A stretch of 53,563 nucleotides of DNA from Trichomonas gallinae. Its lineage: Eukaryota. Within the stretch, counting starts at the first letter, position 1. Every line of letters starts with the position of its first letter. Shown piece by piece: positions 10,872-22,204 of this stretch. The stretch lies in assembly GCA_008369845.1 (NCBI GenBank), contig MRSU01011077.1, forward strand, positions 1 through 53,563, in the 5' to 3' direction. A program made the position numbers and the translations under genes. The notes below the pieces were generated by a model, which worked only from the letters and a program-made list of their open reading frames with translations, was not told the origin of the DNA and did not search any database.

Positions 10872-11083
10872 TAATCAAACTCAAAAGTTTGTTCTGTTTG
10901 TAAATTACCCACAGACGAATAAATAATATCGCTGTCTTTTCGTTACTTATAACTCAATTTATTCAATATTTTATAATATTTTGAAATAATTCTCTAATCA
11001 TTCGTTACTATAAAAGATCCAGTCCATAATATGAGTTTTTCAGCTTTTATTTGTTCGTAATTTCAATGTAAAAAATAAAATTT

Positions 11084-11720
11084 TTAATAAATTAAAATTA
11101 CTACATATAAATATGCGTAATTGCAAAATGAGGGTAGATAAGATGGAATGTTTGTGCAAACCGGCTTTTCAAACACCCAGCCAAAAAATTCTAATCGATA
11201 TATATCAAGAGCGTAATTTCCATCAACTCTGGGTCCAACATTCTGAAATTTAAAGCAATTATAAACGTTTGATGACTCTTTTATATTAAAAAAATATTTT
11301 GAATCTGCTGGAATTTTGTTTGTGTTTAGATTTTGAATTAATTCGAAATTCTGACAATTTTTGGAACCAAATATCGATGTGTTCCAATTTTGTGCCGTCC
11401 ATGAAACGTAATAAAGACTTGTTATATGAATTTGATAATTTAAAAAATGAAGCTGAATCCATTCATTATTCTGTTCATATGATACATATCTATCCCCATC
11501 AGCATAGTTATTATTGCCAATCTTATCGATAAAATTATACAATCTATCAAATCCAGGATAACCTTGATTGAATGAGCTTGCTTTTGTGATAACACTATTC
11601 TTATGATGTGTGATATTACGAATATAATATATTAATCCGGTGTTGTCTGTTGCATTATATTCGATATGTTTCGGAAACAACGAAACCAAATTAAAATTTA
11701 AAAAATTTTCTCATGAACAT
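11084..11720 (-). pseudogene. F5/8-type-C (discoidin)-like domain gene with no in-frame ATG; 1-nt frameshift near the 5' end (pseudogene or assembly error)
   Basis: WIQLHF...ITS.Y...W..SIFGS...YNCFKFQNVG...IYRLEFFG pattern plus a hydrophobic C-terminus. The frame has no Met codon and an in-frame TGA at 11713-11711; ATGs at 11720 and 11714 are one base out of frame across an A4/T6 run. Confidence 0.6.
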
Positions 11721-12217
11721 ACTTTTTTGATATTATCTCAACATTGAAACAGTAATGATCCATTTTAGTTTCAATAATAAAATACTATGATTAGTTGCAT
11801 ATCTTATTCAATAGTTTTTATTGCAAAATTCATGGAGCATAACTATTTTTTCTGTTCTCAAATAATCCATGCAACTATTTCAGGAATGAATTTTCAACTA
11901 ACAAATTACTTAAAATCTGATAATGTATAGATAATTCTCATTTGTTATCACGAAAAATATGATTTTTGATTTATTCTAAAAAATTTTCGAAAATAAAGCA
12001 AATACAGCTCTTGTCAATAGGCTGAATAACCTTTAAAGATGATAATATAATTCACTATCATTGAAATTTATAATAAAATCAAAATAAGAAAAATAAAAAA
12101 TTCAAATATTAAAAATTTGGCGATTTTGAAGTTGAATATAGCTGTGATACATAAAAATAATGATAAATATGGTAGTAAAAAGGCCAGTTTTGTTCGAACA
12201 CTAAAAAACAAAAAAAA

Positions 12218-14110
12218 ATGTGGGCTGAAGTTCCAACTCAATTATTCCATGACTGTCAGAGCCAAATGAAGACAGACGACTTCTTACACACCGATAAAAT
12301 GGGCTCCTTCGATGCTATGTCTGCTCTAGACGTTGATCTTCCAAAGATCGATTGCCATCGAATGGCGAATAACAAGTTTTCAGTGCAAGATCTTATTGAA
12401 TCTGGATACTATCTTCCAGATGAAAGTATTACTTACGATGAAATCCGTAAAATCATGGGATATTATCTCGACACAATCGTAGCACGCTTCGATGGCCATA
12501 CTGTATATCAGACAACACTTCTTTCAGTCTACGCACATCGCCAGTATACAATTAAAAACGAATTATTAAAAGCAGTCATTCTTTCATTCATAGCTTTGTC
12601 AAATGAATTAGAAGACTTCGCGTCTGCAGTTTTTGCTGATTCTGTATCATCATGGACAGTTAGCAGGGACTTTGATCAAATCGTTCATCCTTACAATATC
12701 GACGAAATTTCCAAATTACTCGAAAAATTCCAAAACAACAAAGAAATCGCAGATATAGTTGATTTTGCTAAATACATACTTAATTTCGCAGTCTATCTCA
12801 AGCAATTCCCACTAGAACCACTTCCAGAATTACCAAAGCTCCCAGAGCTCTCAGAATCAATTGGTTTCGCTAAGGAACTCCACCTCAGAGATCTCCCAAC
12901 TCGCGCACCACCGACAGCGATGCAAATTTTACCACATGAAAAATCAAATCAAAAATTCATCGAAATCATCAATTTAATCAAAGAACTCATTGCTATTCCA
13001 GTTCCTAAGACTATCATAGAAGCAATTAAGCAAGCTTCTGATTGGTCACTTAAACATTTTGATGCGCCGATTTTCCCGCGAATGGTGAGACTTCGCCTCG
13101 CTTTTGACAAGTACAACGATTTCTTCTACGGCAAGACATTTATTGACTTCATTAAGCCGGAATTAGCAGCATTTCACACTCCAGACGCACTTTACGCTAA
13201 AGAGTCATTCAAAGCGATCTTCCACATCATGTACCAGGGATTATCTCAATGCATCAGAAGCTTTTGGCTTCCAAACGCTGTTTGCACGACAGTTTTAGAA
13301 AAGCAAATTTTCAACTTCTGGGGTAGATGCCAGGATACTTTCTTGCGTACAGAAGGCGCCGAGTCACATCCACGTCCAAAGACTACATCCATGTCGTACA
13401 CCAACCTCCTGAAGACTACCATTTCGACATGGGGACAGCTCATCACTGCTCAGATCTGCATTGAATACGTCAGACAACTACTCGTGTCAGGAATTTTGAT
13501 TGCCGACGATTATATTTTCATCTCACTTCTTCTTTCGCAAGCATATCAGGCTGCCGCTGAGAGTTTGGACAAGAAGAGGATAGTTGAAGCTATATACGCT
13601 GTCATGCAGCACAGAGGGCCGAAGCACAACAGCCCGATATCGAACAACGATGTCGAGAGAAAGATTCAGCCTGAAGATGAAGAGCAGTTGACTTTTACGG
13701 CTCTCTCGCAGTTGTGGAATGCGACATTCTACGGTCTGAGGTGCGCGATATTGAATGGTGGATATAAGCTTAAAGATGCCCCGTATCACAACTCTGTCAA
13801 GCTCTACGAGCACAGAATCAAGTGCGTCAACAGACTCGACAAAATCCAGTTGATGGACAAAGAAAGCTACGAGTTCCTCATGAAAGGGTCAGCGAATCCG
13901 CTCGATGATGCAACGAAGAAATACATTGCTGCTAGGCCTTTCATCAAGAAGGCAGTGGACGCGAACCAGGATAAGTCGCGCGAAGCTTACTACAAATCTA
14001 TGATGCTTGGAAGCGTTTTGACGCCGATGAACTTGGGCAAGAGGAAGACTGAGGAGATTAAGTTTGAGATATCTGATGACCTTCTTCCTTCAATCAATCT
14101 TGTTGCATGA
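12218..14110 (+). CDS. NAA35: NatC N-terminal acetyltransferase auxiliary subunit (NAA35/Mak10)
   Basis: SFDAMSALDVDLPKID matches the Mak10 motif FEAMSAIExMDPKMD; FDGHTVYQTTLLSVY matches W.EGHSLAQTVFTCLY. Confidence 0.88.
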   Translation: MWAEVPTQLFHDCQSQMKTDDFLHTDKMGSFDAMSALDVDLPKIDCHRMANNKFSVQDLIESGYYLPDESITYDEIRKIMGYYLDTIVARFDGHTVYQTTLLSVYAHRQYTIKNELLKAVILSFIALSNELEDFASAVFADSVSSWTVSRDFDQIVHPYNIDEISKLLEKFQNNKEIADIVDFAKYILNFAVYLKQFPLEPLPELPKLPELSESIGFAKELHLRDLPTRAPPTAMQILPHEKSNQKFIEIINLIKELIAIPVPKTIIEAIKQASDWSLKHFDAPIFPRMVRLRLAFDKYNDFFYGKTFIDFIKPELAAFHTPDALYAKESFKAIFHIMYQGLSQCIRSFWLPNAVCTTVLEKQIFNFWGRCQDTFLRTEGAESHPRPKTTSMSYTNLLKTTISTWGQLITAQICIEYVRQLLVSGILIADDYIFISLLLSQAYQAAAESLDKKRIVEAIYAVMQHRGPKHNSPISNNDVERKIQPEDEEQLTFTALSQLWNATFYGLRCAILNGGYKLKDAPYHNSVKLYEHRIKCVNRLDKIQLMDKESYEFLMKGSANPLDDATKKYIAARPFIKKAVDANQDKSREAYYKSMMLGSVLTPMNLGKRKTEEIKFEISDDLLPSINLVA

Positions 14111-14558
14111 TTTGTTTTATGATATTATTTCACTGAATTTTTTATTTTTTATTTTAGAGCTTTCTTAGTAATAATAAACTCTTCTTTGACCAAATCATCA
14201 TATAAATATAAACAGAAAATAAAAAAATACCAAAATTAAAATTTAAAAAAAATCAATAATTACTTCTTCACATCGATACCAATTATTATATAGTTCTTTT
14301 TATTTAAAGTTATGCACTTTTTAAAAGATAATTTCACCAATTAAAGAAAATAATTTGAAGATTAAATTAAATACTTTAGTTTGTTCAAAATTAACCTTGA
14401 ATATCTCTAATTTGGTCTTCAAGTTAATCATTTCTTTAAACAATTTTGATAATTAAAGAAATTATTCAATATTTATAAATACAACAAAACAGAGTAACAA
14501 GAAAAAGTAACTCGATGAGTGTGGTAAATATACAAGATGAATTGTGGTTTTTGTGAAC

Positions 14559-15059
14559 TTATCGATAATTTAAGATTAAAGATTGCAATCTATCGCGTTC
14601 TTGACATTCTTCGTTGATTATTTCCTGTAAATGCTGGATTTCAGCCTGTTTTTGCTTGAGTAATTCTGATAATTTCTTGATTTGATCTTCAAAATGTTCA
14701 ATAAGAGGAGTGAAGTCTGTTTTTTGTTGATTATTTTTAGATCTTTCGTGATTGAGATTTGCTTGTAAGGCTTTTTCTGTAGTTTGAGTTTGTTTCAAGG
14801 ATTTTTCTAGTTCTGCCTTATCAATTTCCAATTTCTTGCATTGACTGTTCAGTTCTTCAACTTTATCTTTCAGTATTTTATTTTCGTTCTTTAAAGACTC
14901 AACATCTTCGATTTTTAATGATTCTTGCAATTGTTTCAGTTTTTCCGCGAAAACTGCTTGAAGATCTTTTATTTCTTGATCTCTGGCATCCATCAACTGT
15001 TGCAATTGCTTCTTTAAGTTTTCATTTTCTGCTTGATAAAATTCATTTTGGAAAGTCAT
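14559..15059 (-). CDS. Hypothetical coiled-coil protein
   Basis: 166 aa heptad-rich ORF; ATG 15059 is preceded by the Inr TCATT. Confidence 0.8.
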   Translation of the reverse strand: MTFQNEFYQAENENLKKQLQQLMDARDQEIKDLQAVFAEKLKQLQESLKIEDVESLKNENKILKDKVEELNSQCKKLEIDKAELEKSLKQTQTTEKALQANLNHERSKNNQQKTDFTPLIEHFEDQIKKLSELLKQKQAEIQHLQEIINEECQERDRLQSLILNYR

Positions 15060-15321
15060 TTGAAAAATGAACCAAATAAGCAATAAATGATCCAATATTT
15101 TAATTTGCGATAAAATTCTGATTAAAAGTGGAAATATTTTTTGATAATTTTAATTTTTACTTGATATCATATTTTCGATATAATATATTCTAGGAAAAAT
15201 AATCATTGACAATAAAGAAATGCTTCAAATTCCGATGAAATTAATACGAATATTTTATTATTAAACAAATGACTTAATTTATATTGCAGATTGTCTACAT
15301 ATTATAGCAATGACTAACTTC

Positions 15322-15801
15322 TCAGATTACATGCTTTGCATGGAAAAACATAATAATTCCCATAAAAATGACACCTAAAATCATCATGATAGTCTTTCTA
15401 TCAATTGTAAATGTGTCCTGATAATCTTCTTGGTCTTGTAAATCTCTCTTGAAAAATCTGATCGCGCCAATTGTGTCTTCGATGAACTTATGCATCTTTT
15501 TAGAAGATAGTGGATTCAATTCTTGTTTTCCTTCTTTGTTATTTTTAATAATTGACCTTGAATAATCTAAATCATTTTTAATTTCATATATATTCAACGC
15601 TCCTTTTTTGTATGCGATTGTATAAACATCTGTTAATATTCTTTCAACTGTTACATAGTCTTTATCCTCAATTTGCTCTTTTTGGCGAATATGATAAAGC
15701 ATATCCATGTATATTGTGCAACGCTCTAAGTAGCTTTTAGTTTCCTTCGCTTTTTGGAACCAGTATTCTTCATCATGGATAATTTCGTTTTCTTCATCCA
15801 T
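15322..15801 (-). CDS. Hypothetical tail-anchored membrane protein
   Basis: 159 aa from ATG 15801 (MDEENE); C-terminal TM IMMILGVIFMGIIMFF and a short basic tail; AAAGTGTCA variant upstream. Confidence 0.75.
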   Translation of the reverse strand: MDEENEIIHDEEYWFQKAKETKSYLERCTIYMDMLYHIRQKEQIEDKDYVTVERILTDVYTIAYKKGALNIYEIKNDLDYSRSIIKNNKEGKQELNPLSSKKMHKFIEDTIGAIRFFKRDLQDQEDYQDTFTIDRKTIMMILGVIFMGIIMFFHAKHVI

Positions 15802-16160
15802 TTTTGAAATTTGACACTTTACATTATTTTTTGACAACGTCAAAAAATGTCTTAAAATTATCCAATCATTTTCTAACAATACCTCAATTTTATTGATTAT
15901 TTCCGTCTAAAAATCTCAAAAATAACAAAATTTAAAATTCAAAATTTGAAAAACTTAGAATTTAGCTATTTGTAATAATATATCTTATTAAATATCAGTT
16001 AAATTTAAGACTTGTTTCATTCATTTTCATTTGTTGCAATTTTTGAAGGAAATAATTTTATAATTGTTATAAATCTGTCAATTTAACAAAAGAATATCAT
16101 AGTTAAGGACTGAAGGAGTAAATAGGTGCTAATTAAATAAAATAAAAAAATACAAAAGTT

Positions 16161-19100
16161 TTATTCCTGAAGGAATTTGTAAATCAAGATTGTTCCGTTC
16201 TGTGTTCCGAAGCCGAATATTGGGAGAAGTGGGTGGCAAATAGCGACAGACTTAGCTGGCACTTTAGAGAATGTCGTGAGAGTGCTTCCGCTGTGATCTA
16301 TCGCGATTGGCGCCTTATCTTCTGAAGAAAGGATGATGAAAGGATATAATCTGTGTGTTGAGAAACTGTAAAGTTTCTCGCCGCGCTTCCAGATTGTCTG
16401 TGCTGAATCGTCGCGTGTATTGTCATCCCAAGCATCAACGAATCCTCCTGATGATGCTACGAAGAACTTTGTTGAGCTCGTCGCACTCCAGAAGTCGATG
16501 CCGAGGATAGGAATCTTAGGATGTGGTGCGATGAGATATTTGAATGATGATGGGCCTTTTTCGACTTCTTCGATTTCGCGGACGACACCGAGCTCGCAGC
16601 CACATATGAAGTGGTTCTTGAATGCTGGATGAGAGAGTAATGCTGTTGTCCTTGCTTGTGACCCTGTTTCGACGACGCTGCAGATCTTGAGACTCCTCAA
16701 ATCCCATCTACTGACGACGCTGTTGCATGTCGTGTAAATGATGAACTGGTCGACAGTTGTCGAGATAATGACTTGGTCGTTGTATTGAGATGGATCTGGT
16801 GTAACTGGTGCTGGCTCAATTCCTTGTTCGCTCAATACAGGATGAGCGAGTTTCGGCTGGCAGCAAAATGTGCATGATAATGTTTCGTTTGGTGGAGTCC
16901 AGAGATGTACACATCTGTCGCTTGTGGCGAACAAGACTTCTGGGATACCCTTCCACTCGACGACGTGGAGATCTGTGACTTCTCCCCTTGGAACATTGAT
17001 TGAGCACTTCTTCTTCTGGTCGTTGATGAAGAAAACCTGGGACTTAGTTGCAGCGGCAATTCCGAAAGAGTCCCTGTGGAACGCGATGCGTGTTATCGCT
17101 TCATCGCTGACGTTGAGCTCTGAGAGCTGGCTGAACTGTGCGTTGGATGAGATCTTCTCGATGCCTGCTGGAGAAAGAGACTTTCTGCCTGACTGCGATT
17201 GTTCCTCTGGCTCGTTTGTCGGTGGCTGCCATTCGCGTCTGTCAACGAGATCGTGGAGGCAAATCTCGTGCAAGCTTTCGTTCTGGTCAATGTTCGCGAA
17301 GCTGAAATGTTCCTCTTCGAATTGGTCGGCGTCTTCGCCTCCGTAGCTCATCACTCCGCCGATGAAGTGCTCTCTGCTTGGGCTTGATGGTCCGCTCATG
17401 AAGTCTTCGTAGTTGTTCGCTTCGTTGTATTCCTGTCTGCTGTGAGAGATGAAGTTCAACACGCGTGTGGCCAATGCTGCAACTGATGGATGGCTGTCTT
17501 CTGCGTATTGAGCGAGCAGGGCCATTGCGATAGAATAAGCGTGCTTGATGAAGTTCCTCGTGTGAACTGCGTCGTCGACTGCTGAGAAGAATGCTTCAGA
17601 CGGTTTTTCGAGCAAAGAAAGATTGTATTTCTCTCCGAAGCAGCTCTTGACGATGTCGTCGAACGAGTCTGCCTTGAAGTCAGATCCTGTGTTTGCTTCG
17701 ACTGCATCGGAGAAGTTCTCGAAGCTCGTGACGAATTTCTTAAGAAGCAAGACGAAGTGGAATCTCACCAAATAGCTCGCGTCAGCGAGGACAGGCAATG
17801 CGAGATACAATAGTTGGCCGTTGATGTTGCAGTCGAATGGACGGAGGAAGCAGGCGAGCGCTGAAACAGCAGCAACTCTCACAGCTGGGCTCTGAGAGAA
17901 TAAGTGAATCGAGCATTGCACATGTAAACCGTTTGACACGTAAACTTCAGGATCTGGCGAATAAAGATGAAATGCTCTCCTTATTATCAGCAAAAGCCAT
18001 GTCGCCAACAAAGGTGATGCCTTGCCGAGCTCCTCTCTTATTGGAGTCAAGAACTCTCTCGACGTGCAGACCTGTTGGAGGTTCTCGTTGTAGATCGCGA
18101 GAGTTGCGACGATTGCTGCGACGATGGTTCTCGTGGACTCGTTGAGAGACTTGTCAAATATGACGAGAGGGAATTTTGACGGGTCTTTGTCCTTGCGAAT
18201 TTCTGTCGCGAAGTCAGGCTTGTGGTACAGAAGAGTCAAAACGAGGAAGCAGATTGAGTGGAATGCTGGATCTTTAGTGTTCCATTCAATCATCTTGACA
18301 AACAATGCTTGGAAGACAATCGCAGAGCAAAATCTCTCTGGATTCATCTCAGGAGAGGCTGCGTACTGAGCGAATAGTAAGAGTGGCTTCTCAGCGTTCT
18401 TCTCGTCGGCGTAGAACATGTGGAATAATAGAGTTAAATGATAGGAGCGGATTAAATGGAATTGCTTGTTCTTGAGAATCATAGAGAAACTCTGCGCGAC
18501 TGAGTTGAAGAGATCTGTTGTGAAAGGAGTGTGTGGGATTGACACTGAGCAGATCGCGTTGTCCAAAAGAACGCTCCATTGCTTCCAGAGAGGATGCATT
18601 GAAAGATCTGGAAGTGCTGGATGCGTAACAGGATGAACGCGATAAGGACGTAATAGATATTGCGCGAAAAGAACATATCTGAAGATAACAGCTGAAGATC
18701 TGTCACATCTGAAAATGCGATGATAAAGATCTTTAGGAAGTCCATCGGAAGCGATTGCATCTGTAATGGCTGTGAGTGCTTGTGTCAGTGGATGTGGTTC
18801 TTTTGGCTTTTCGTTGACTAAATGTTCGCATGGAAGTTCTGTTGGGAAATTAGGCCCAACTTGATTAGTTCTGTAATGCTGAAGTAAATGGCAGACGATA
18901 CCCATCCTGAGAGGAGACAAAATGCAAGAAGATAAGAAATCTTTCGGTAATCTTGGATCATCAGGGAGCTGCTCACCAACGTCGGTGGCACAGATGCAGA
19001 CCCAGTTTTCCCATATTGGATTGTTATCTCTTTCTGCGAGTTCTTTTGATGTTTCCTTAAATTGTGGAATAACGACAGCAGCGTTCGAGCAGTCGAAAAT

Positions 19101-19799
19101 AAACCATGTCGGTGGAGTAAGGTTCTCGAAGAGACTCGAAATACGATATTCTCGGAAGTCTGTTGAGCGTCTATCTGAACACCAAATAACATTTTTCTTA
19201 ATTGTTGGGAAACCGTATCCAATGTAGTGGAATAAAACTCTTCCACTGATGACTTCTGTGCGAATCGACGAAAGATTGTTCAATCTCTCAGCGTTTGGCG
19301 CAATTGAAAAGAAAAATCTGATTTTTAGACGGATACTGTGATAAGCGCTTCTGAAATATGTTTGTATGGTTGTCGGATATTCTGATGAGAAGGAGGTATT
19401 GGTATTTTGCCAGGCATAAATTGAGGGAAGTGTTGAAGAATAGTCAGAACTTGGTTTTGGAAATTGCTCCAAGTGTGCGACATTGACAACAACGCATTCG
19501 ATAGGTTCAATTCGTGCTGCATTGAGTGGACTGAGTGGACAGCTGAAATTTTCGAGCGTATACTCTTTATCGGAGACATTTATGCAGTGCATTGGGTTAT
19601 TCGGTGGATTTAACGGTATTTTGTATTCGTTTAACATCGTAGAAACTTCAACTGTGAATTCTTGAGATTGAGTTCTCATTGAATTCATGAAATTTCGAGG
19701 TCCATCGTCTGAGCCATCGTCGTCGGAGCTCCCGGAGTTGTATTCAGTAACATTCTTCCCGAATTTAATGAAACTCACCGCAGAACTCTTTTTCATCAT
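16161..19799 (-). CDS. RPTOR: Raptor/Kog1 homolog (TORC1 scaffold)
   Basis: RNC-domain motifs GRVLFHYIGYGFP, FDCSNAA, LPDDPRLPKDFLSSCILSP and HPLWKQW; central HEAT/ARM repeats; C-terminal WD40 ending HPLLPIFGFG. Confidence 0.93.
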   Translation of the reverse strand: MMKKSSAVSFIKFGKNVTEYNSGSSDDDGSDDGPRNFMNSMRTQSQEFTVEVSTMLNEYKIPLNPPNNPMHCINVSDKEYTLENFSCPLSPLNAARIEPIECVVVNVAHLEQFPKPSSDYSSTLPSIYAWQNTNTSFSSEYPTTIQTYFRSAYHSIRLKIRFFFSIAPNAERLNNLSSIRTEVISGRVLFHYIGYGFPTIKKNVIWCSDRRSTDFREYRISSLFENLTPPTWFIFDCSNAAVVIPQFKETSKELAERDNNPIWENWVCICATDVGEQLPDDPRLPKDFLSSCILSPLRMGIVCHLLQHYRTNQVGPNFPTELPCEHLVNEKPKEPHPLTQALTAITDAIASDGLPKDLYHRIFRCDRSSAVIFRYVLFAQYLLRPYRVHPVTHPALPDLSMHPLWKQWSVLLDNAICSVSIPHTPFTTDLFNSVAQSFSMILKNKQFHLIRSYHLTLLFHMFYADEKNAEKPLLLFAQYAASPEMNPERFCSAIVFQALFVKMIEWNTKDPAFHSICFLVLTLLYHKPDFATEIRKDKDPSKFPLVIFDKSLNESTRTIVAAIVATLAIYNENLQQVCTSREFLTPIREELGKASPLLATWLLLIIRRAFHLYSPDPEVYVSNGLHVQCSIHLFSQSPAVRVAAVSALACFLRPFDCNINGQLLYLALPVLADASYLVRFHFVLLLKKFVTSFENFSDAVEANTGSDFKADSFDDIVKSCFGEKYNLSLLEKPSEAFFSAVDDAVHTRNFIKHAYSIAMALLAQYAEDSHPSVAALATRVLNFISHSRQEYNEANNYEDFMSGPSSPSREHFIGGVMSYGGEDADQFEEEHFSFANIDQNESLHEICLHDLVDRREWQPPTNEPEEQSQSGRKSLSPAGIEKISSNAQFSQLSELNVSDEAITRIAFHRDSFGIAAATKSQVFFINDQKKKCSINVPRGEVTDLHVVEWKGIPEVLFATSDRCVHLWTPPNETLSCTFCCQPKLAHPVLSEQGIEPAPVTPDPSQYNDQVIISTTVDQFIIYTTCNSVVSRWDLRSLKICSVVETGSQARTTALLSHPAFKNHFICGCELGVVREIEEVEKGPSSFKYLIAPHPKIPILGIDFWSATSSTKFFVASSGGFVDAWDDNTRDDSAQTIWKRGEKLYSFSTHRLYPFIILSSEDKAPIAIDHSGSTLTTFSKVPAKSVAICHPLLPIFGFGTQNGTILIYKFLQE

Positions 19800-19860
19800 T
19801 TTTTTTCCTTTCTCTTAAATTAAAAAGTTTTCGGATTTAGATTTGGATCTTTGTATTTAA

Positions 19861-20300
19861 TCTATTTATCAAGAAATTTTAGCGAAACGACGATGATTTG
19901 TTTTTGATATTTTTCGTGAAACCATTTTGAATTGAAATCATTAATTAACTCCTCATACTAAAACCATTAATCGCAAAATTTTAACAAAATGACGAAAATT
20001 TGTTTTTGAATTTTTTGAAAAACATTTTTAAACTAAAACTATTATAATATTCTTGATATTATATCTATTTATCAAGTTTGTTTTCGAAATTATTTTTTCA
20101 AGTCTTATTGAGTTTATATTTATATTTTAGTATTCATATATTATTGATTTATCAAGTTTTTTTAACGAGTTGTCGATGATTTATTTGATATTATCTTGCG
20201 AAAAATATTTTTGAATCGAAATTTATATTCTATAGCTTCTATTAAATTAAATTATTGAGTTTTTTAGCTTTATTTTTGAATTTTTTTTTGGAATGCATTT
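19861..20300. repeat. Degenerate direct repeats (roughly 100 bp unit) upstream of Raptor
   Basis: TTTATCAAG...TTTA(A/G)CGA...CGATGATTT...TTGATATT...GAAA..ATTTT(T)GAAT.GAAAT at about 19866-19939 and 20148-20222, with more decayed copies near 19975, 20063 and 20270. Confidence 0.6.
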
Positions 20301-20497
20301 TTGTCTTTATAATTATATTTTAATCATGATAAATTGCCGACTTATAAGATTTTTTAATGAAATCTCTTAAAATTATTTTTTAAATTTTCCATCACAATTT
20401 TAAGAGTTGTCGAATATGATGCCAGTTTCGATAACAATTGATCAGCTATTAAAAACAAAAAACTTTACTCTAAATAATATATCTATATAATAAAAAT

Positions 20498-21739
20498 CTA
20501 TTGAGCAGAAGCTAAGGCTGCTTGTTCTGCCTTCTTTCTCTTTTCTTCTTCTTGTCGTTCTTTTTCTTTCTGGAATCTTCTCTTAGAAACGATTTCATCG
20601 ATTTGCAAAGGTAAATCTATCAAAATATCAGGCGCCTCCTTGTTGAGAGTGAATATATCAATGATTTCCCCTTCATCTCTCTTGATTTCGTCCTGTTGTA
20701 CCGAATCATCAATGTCGAATTCATCTTCTTTCTCTTGATACTCGACGTTGTTAGTTACATTGAAGAATCCTGGCATAAACTGCTCCCAAGAGTTCTCGTA
20801 CGTCGGTGCCCACATTCTAATTGAAGGAGTTCCCGCTGTATAGATAACTGGCTGTTGTGGATGGAACAAAATGAAATTGACTGGATCTGATGGTCCATCG
20901 AGTTCCTGCTTGACTTCTGTTGCGTCAATTTCGTAGATAACAAGCTTGCATTGCTGCTTTTTGTTTGATGAAAAAATTATATGTTCGCCAATTCTGTCGA
21001 AAACGCAGCATGTGTATTTGATTTCACTTACTCTATCCTTGAAATCGTTCCTGCATGGTGGATCATCATGAAAACCAGTCGCAATATCGGGTACATCCCA
21101 AATAAAACCTTCTCCACGAATATTCAGCAGGCAAAGTAGTCTTTCTGTATTAGAAATGGCCATATATGGTATTTTCTTCATTGATTGAAGTGAATTTGAG
21201 CCTAAAACTTTGAAATTCGAATCGTAAAAATTAAGATTTAAGTCTTCTGTGACGCATATTATGCCATAACGATGTGACCATAGAACTAATGACACTGGTG
21301 CAGGGCAAACCTTTGATTCTTTATTAGTGAAATTTATCATTTTTAATGTTGAGCCGTATAATACAATAAACTCGTCGCAACTTTCTGGATTGAACAAAAC
21401 TGTCTGTATTTCATCCTTAAATTTGTCGCTAAAGACAACTTCTTTAGAAACAACCGAAATTACTTGACAAAACCCGTCTGCGTCGCCAGTAGCAACCAAT
21501 CTGTTGTCTGGAGAGAATGCCACTGATGTAACTCTCGTCTTGTGGCCTGAAATTTTGTGCCTGTTGTTTCCAGAATCGGAATCACACAAAATTACTGCGC
21601 CATCTTCGAATCCAAGACCCAAAATGTGGCCCATGTTCGACAAAACCATCGCAGTGATCTCAGACTCGAAGTCGAAGTCAGCGTAGTACTCATTTGGAAG
21701 CTCTACGAAGACTTCGTCAAAAAAAACTCTAAGATCCAT
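20498..21739 (-). CDS. RBBP5: COMPASS/Set1C WD40 subunit RBBP5/Swd1
   Basis: WD40 propeller followed by ENSWEQFMPGFFNVTNNVEYQEKEDEFDID, matching RBBP5 ENWSAFAPDFKELDENVEYEERESEFDIED. Confidence 0.92.
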   Translation of the reverse strand: MDLRVFFDEVFVELPNEYYADFDFESEITAMVLSNMGHILGLGFEDGAVILCDSDSGNNRHKISGHKTRVTSVAFSPDNRLVATGDADGFCQVISVVSKEVVFSDKFKDEIQTVLFNPESCDEFIVLYGSTLKMINFTNKESKVCPAPVSLVLWSHRYGIICVTEDLNLNFYDSNFKVLGSNSLQSMKKIPYMAISNTERLLCLLNIRGEGFIWDVPDIATGFHDDPPCRNDFKDRVSEIKYTCCVFDRIGEHIIFSSNKKQQCKLVIYEIDATEVKQELDGPSDPVNFILFHPQQPVIYTAGTPSIRMWAPTYENSWEQFMPGFFNVTNNVEYQEKEDEFDIDDSVQQDEIKRDEGEIIDIFTLNKEAPDILIDLPLQIDEIVSKRRFQKEKERQEEEKRKKAEQAALASAQ

Positions 21740-21751
21740 TTTGAAAAATTT

Positions 21752-21756
21752 AAAGG
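21752..21756 (-). promoter_or_regulatory. CCTTT element (Trichomonas motif-5-type alternative initiator)
   Basis: CCCTTT 13-18 nt upstream of the RBBP5 ATG, with no canonical Inr nearby. The motif is short, so evidence is weak. Confidence 0.4.
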
Positions 21757-22204
21757 GTTATTGCACCAAATGGCCCCTAATTTAACAAAAATACTGCAAA
21801 AGTCAGCCATTCTCTTAGTAAACCCTATCTATAACTTTTCATATATCATCTACTTCTTTATATGATGCTATATACTCGATAAAATTTCATTTAAATCAAG
21901 TTTTCGAAATCGAGAAAAATGAAAACAACAAAAAATGATTATAAAAATTCTGGTTTTTTATAATGATTTTTATTTTTTGCAAATTTGGGCTAAAAAATCA
22001 TGGATTTAAAATCGACCATTTTACTCTATTTTAGGATATAATACATGCAATAACAAAAATATCAAATTTTCTTTAATATTTGGTGAAAAATTTAAAATAT
22101 TTTTTTCAAATTTTGTAATTGTAAATGAATTATACATTAAAACTACGGTAATTTTTTATTGTAATAGTGTATATTTATTGTTTGTAGTATTAATTACAAC
22201 TGTA

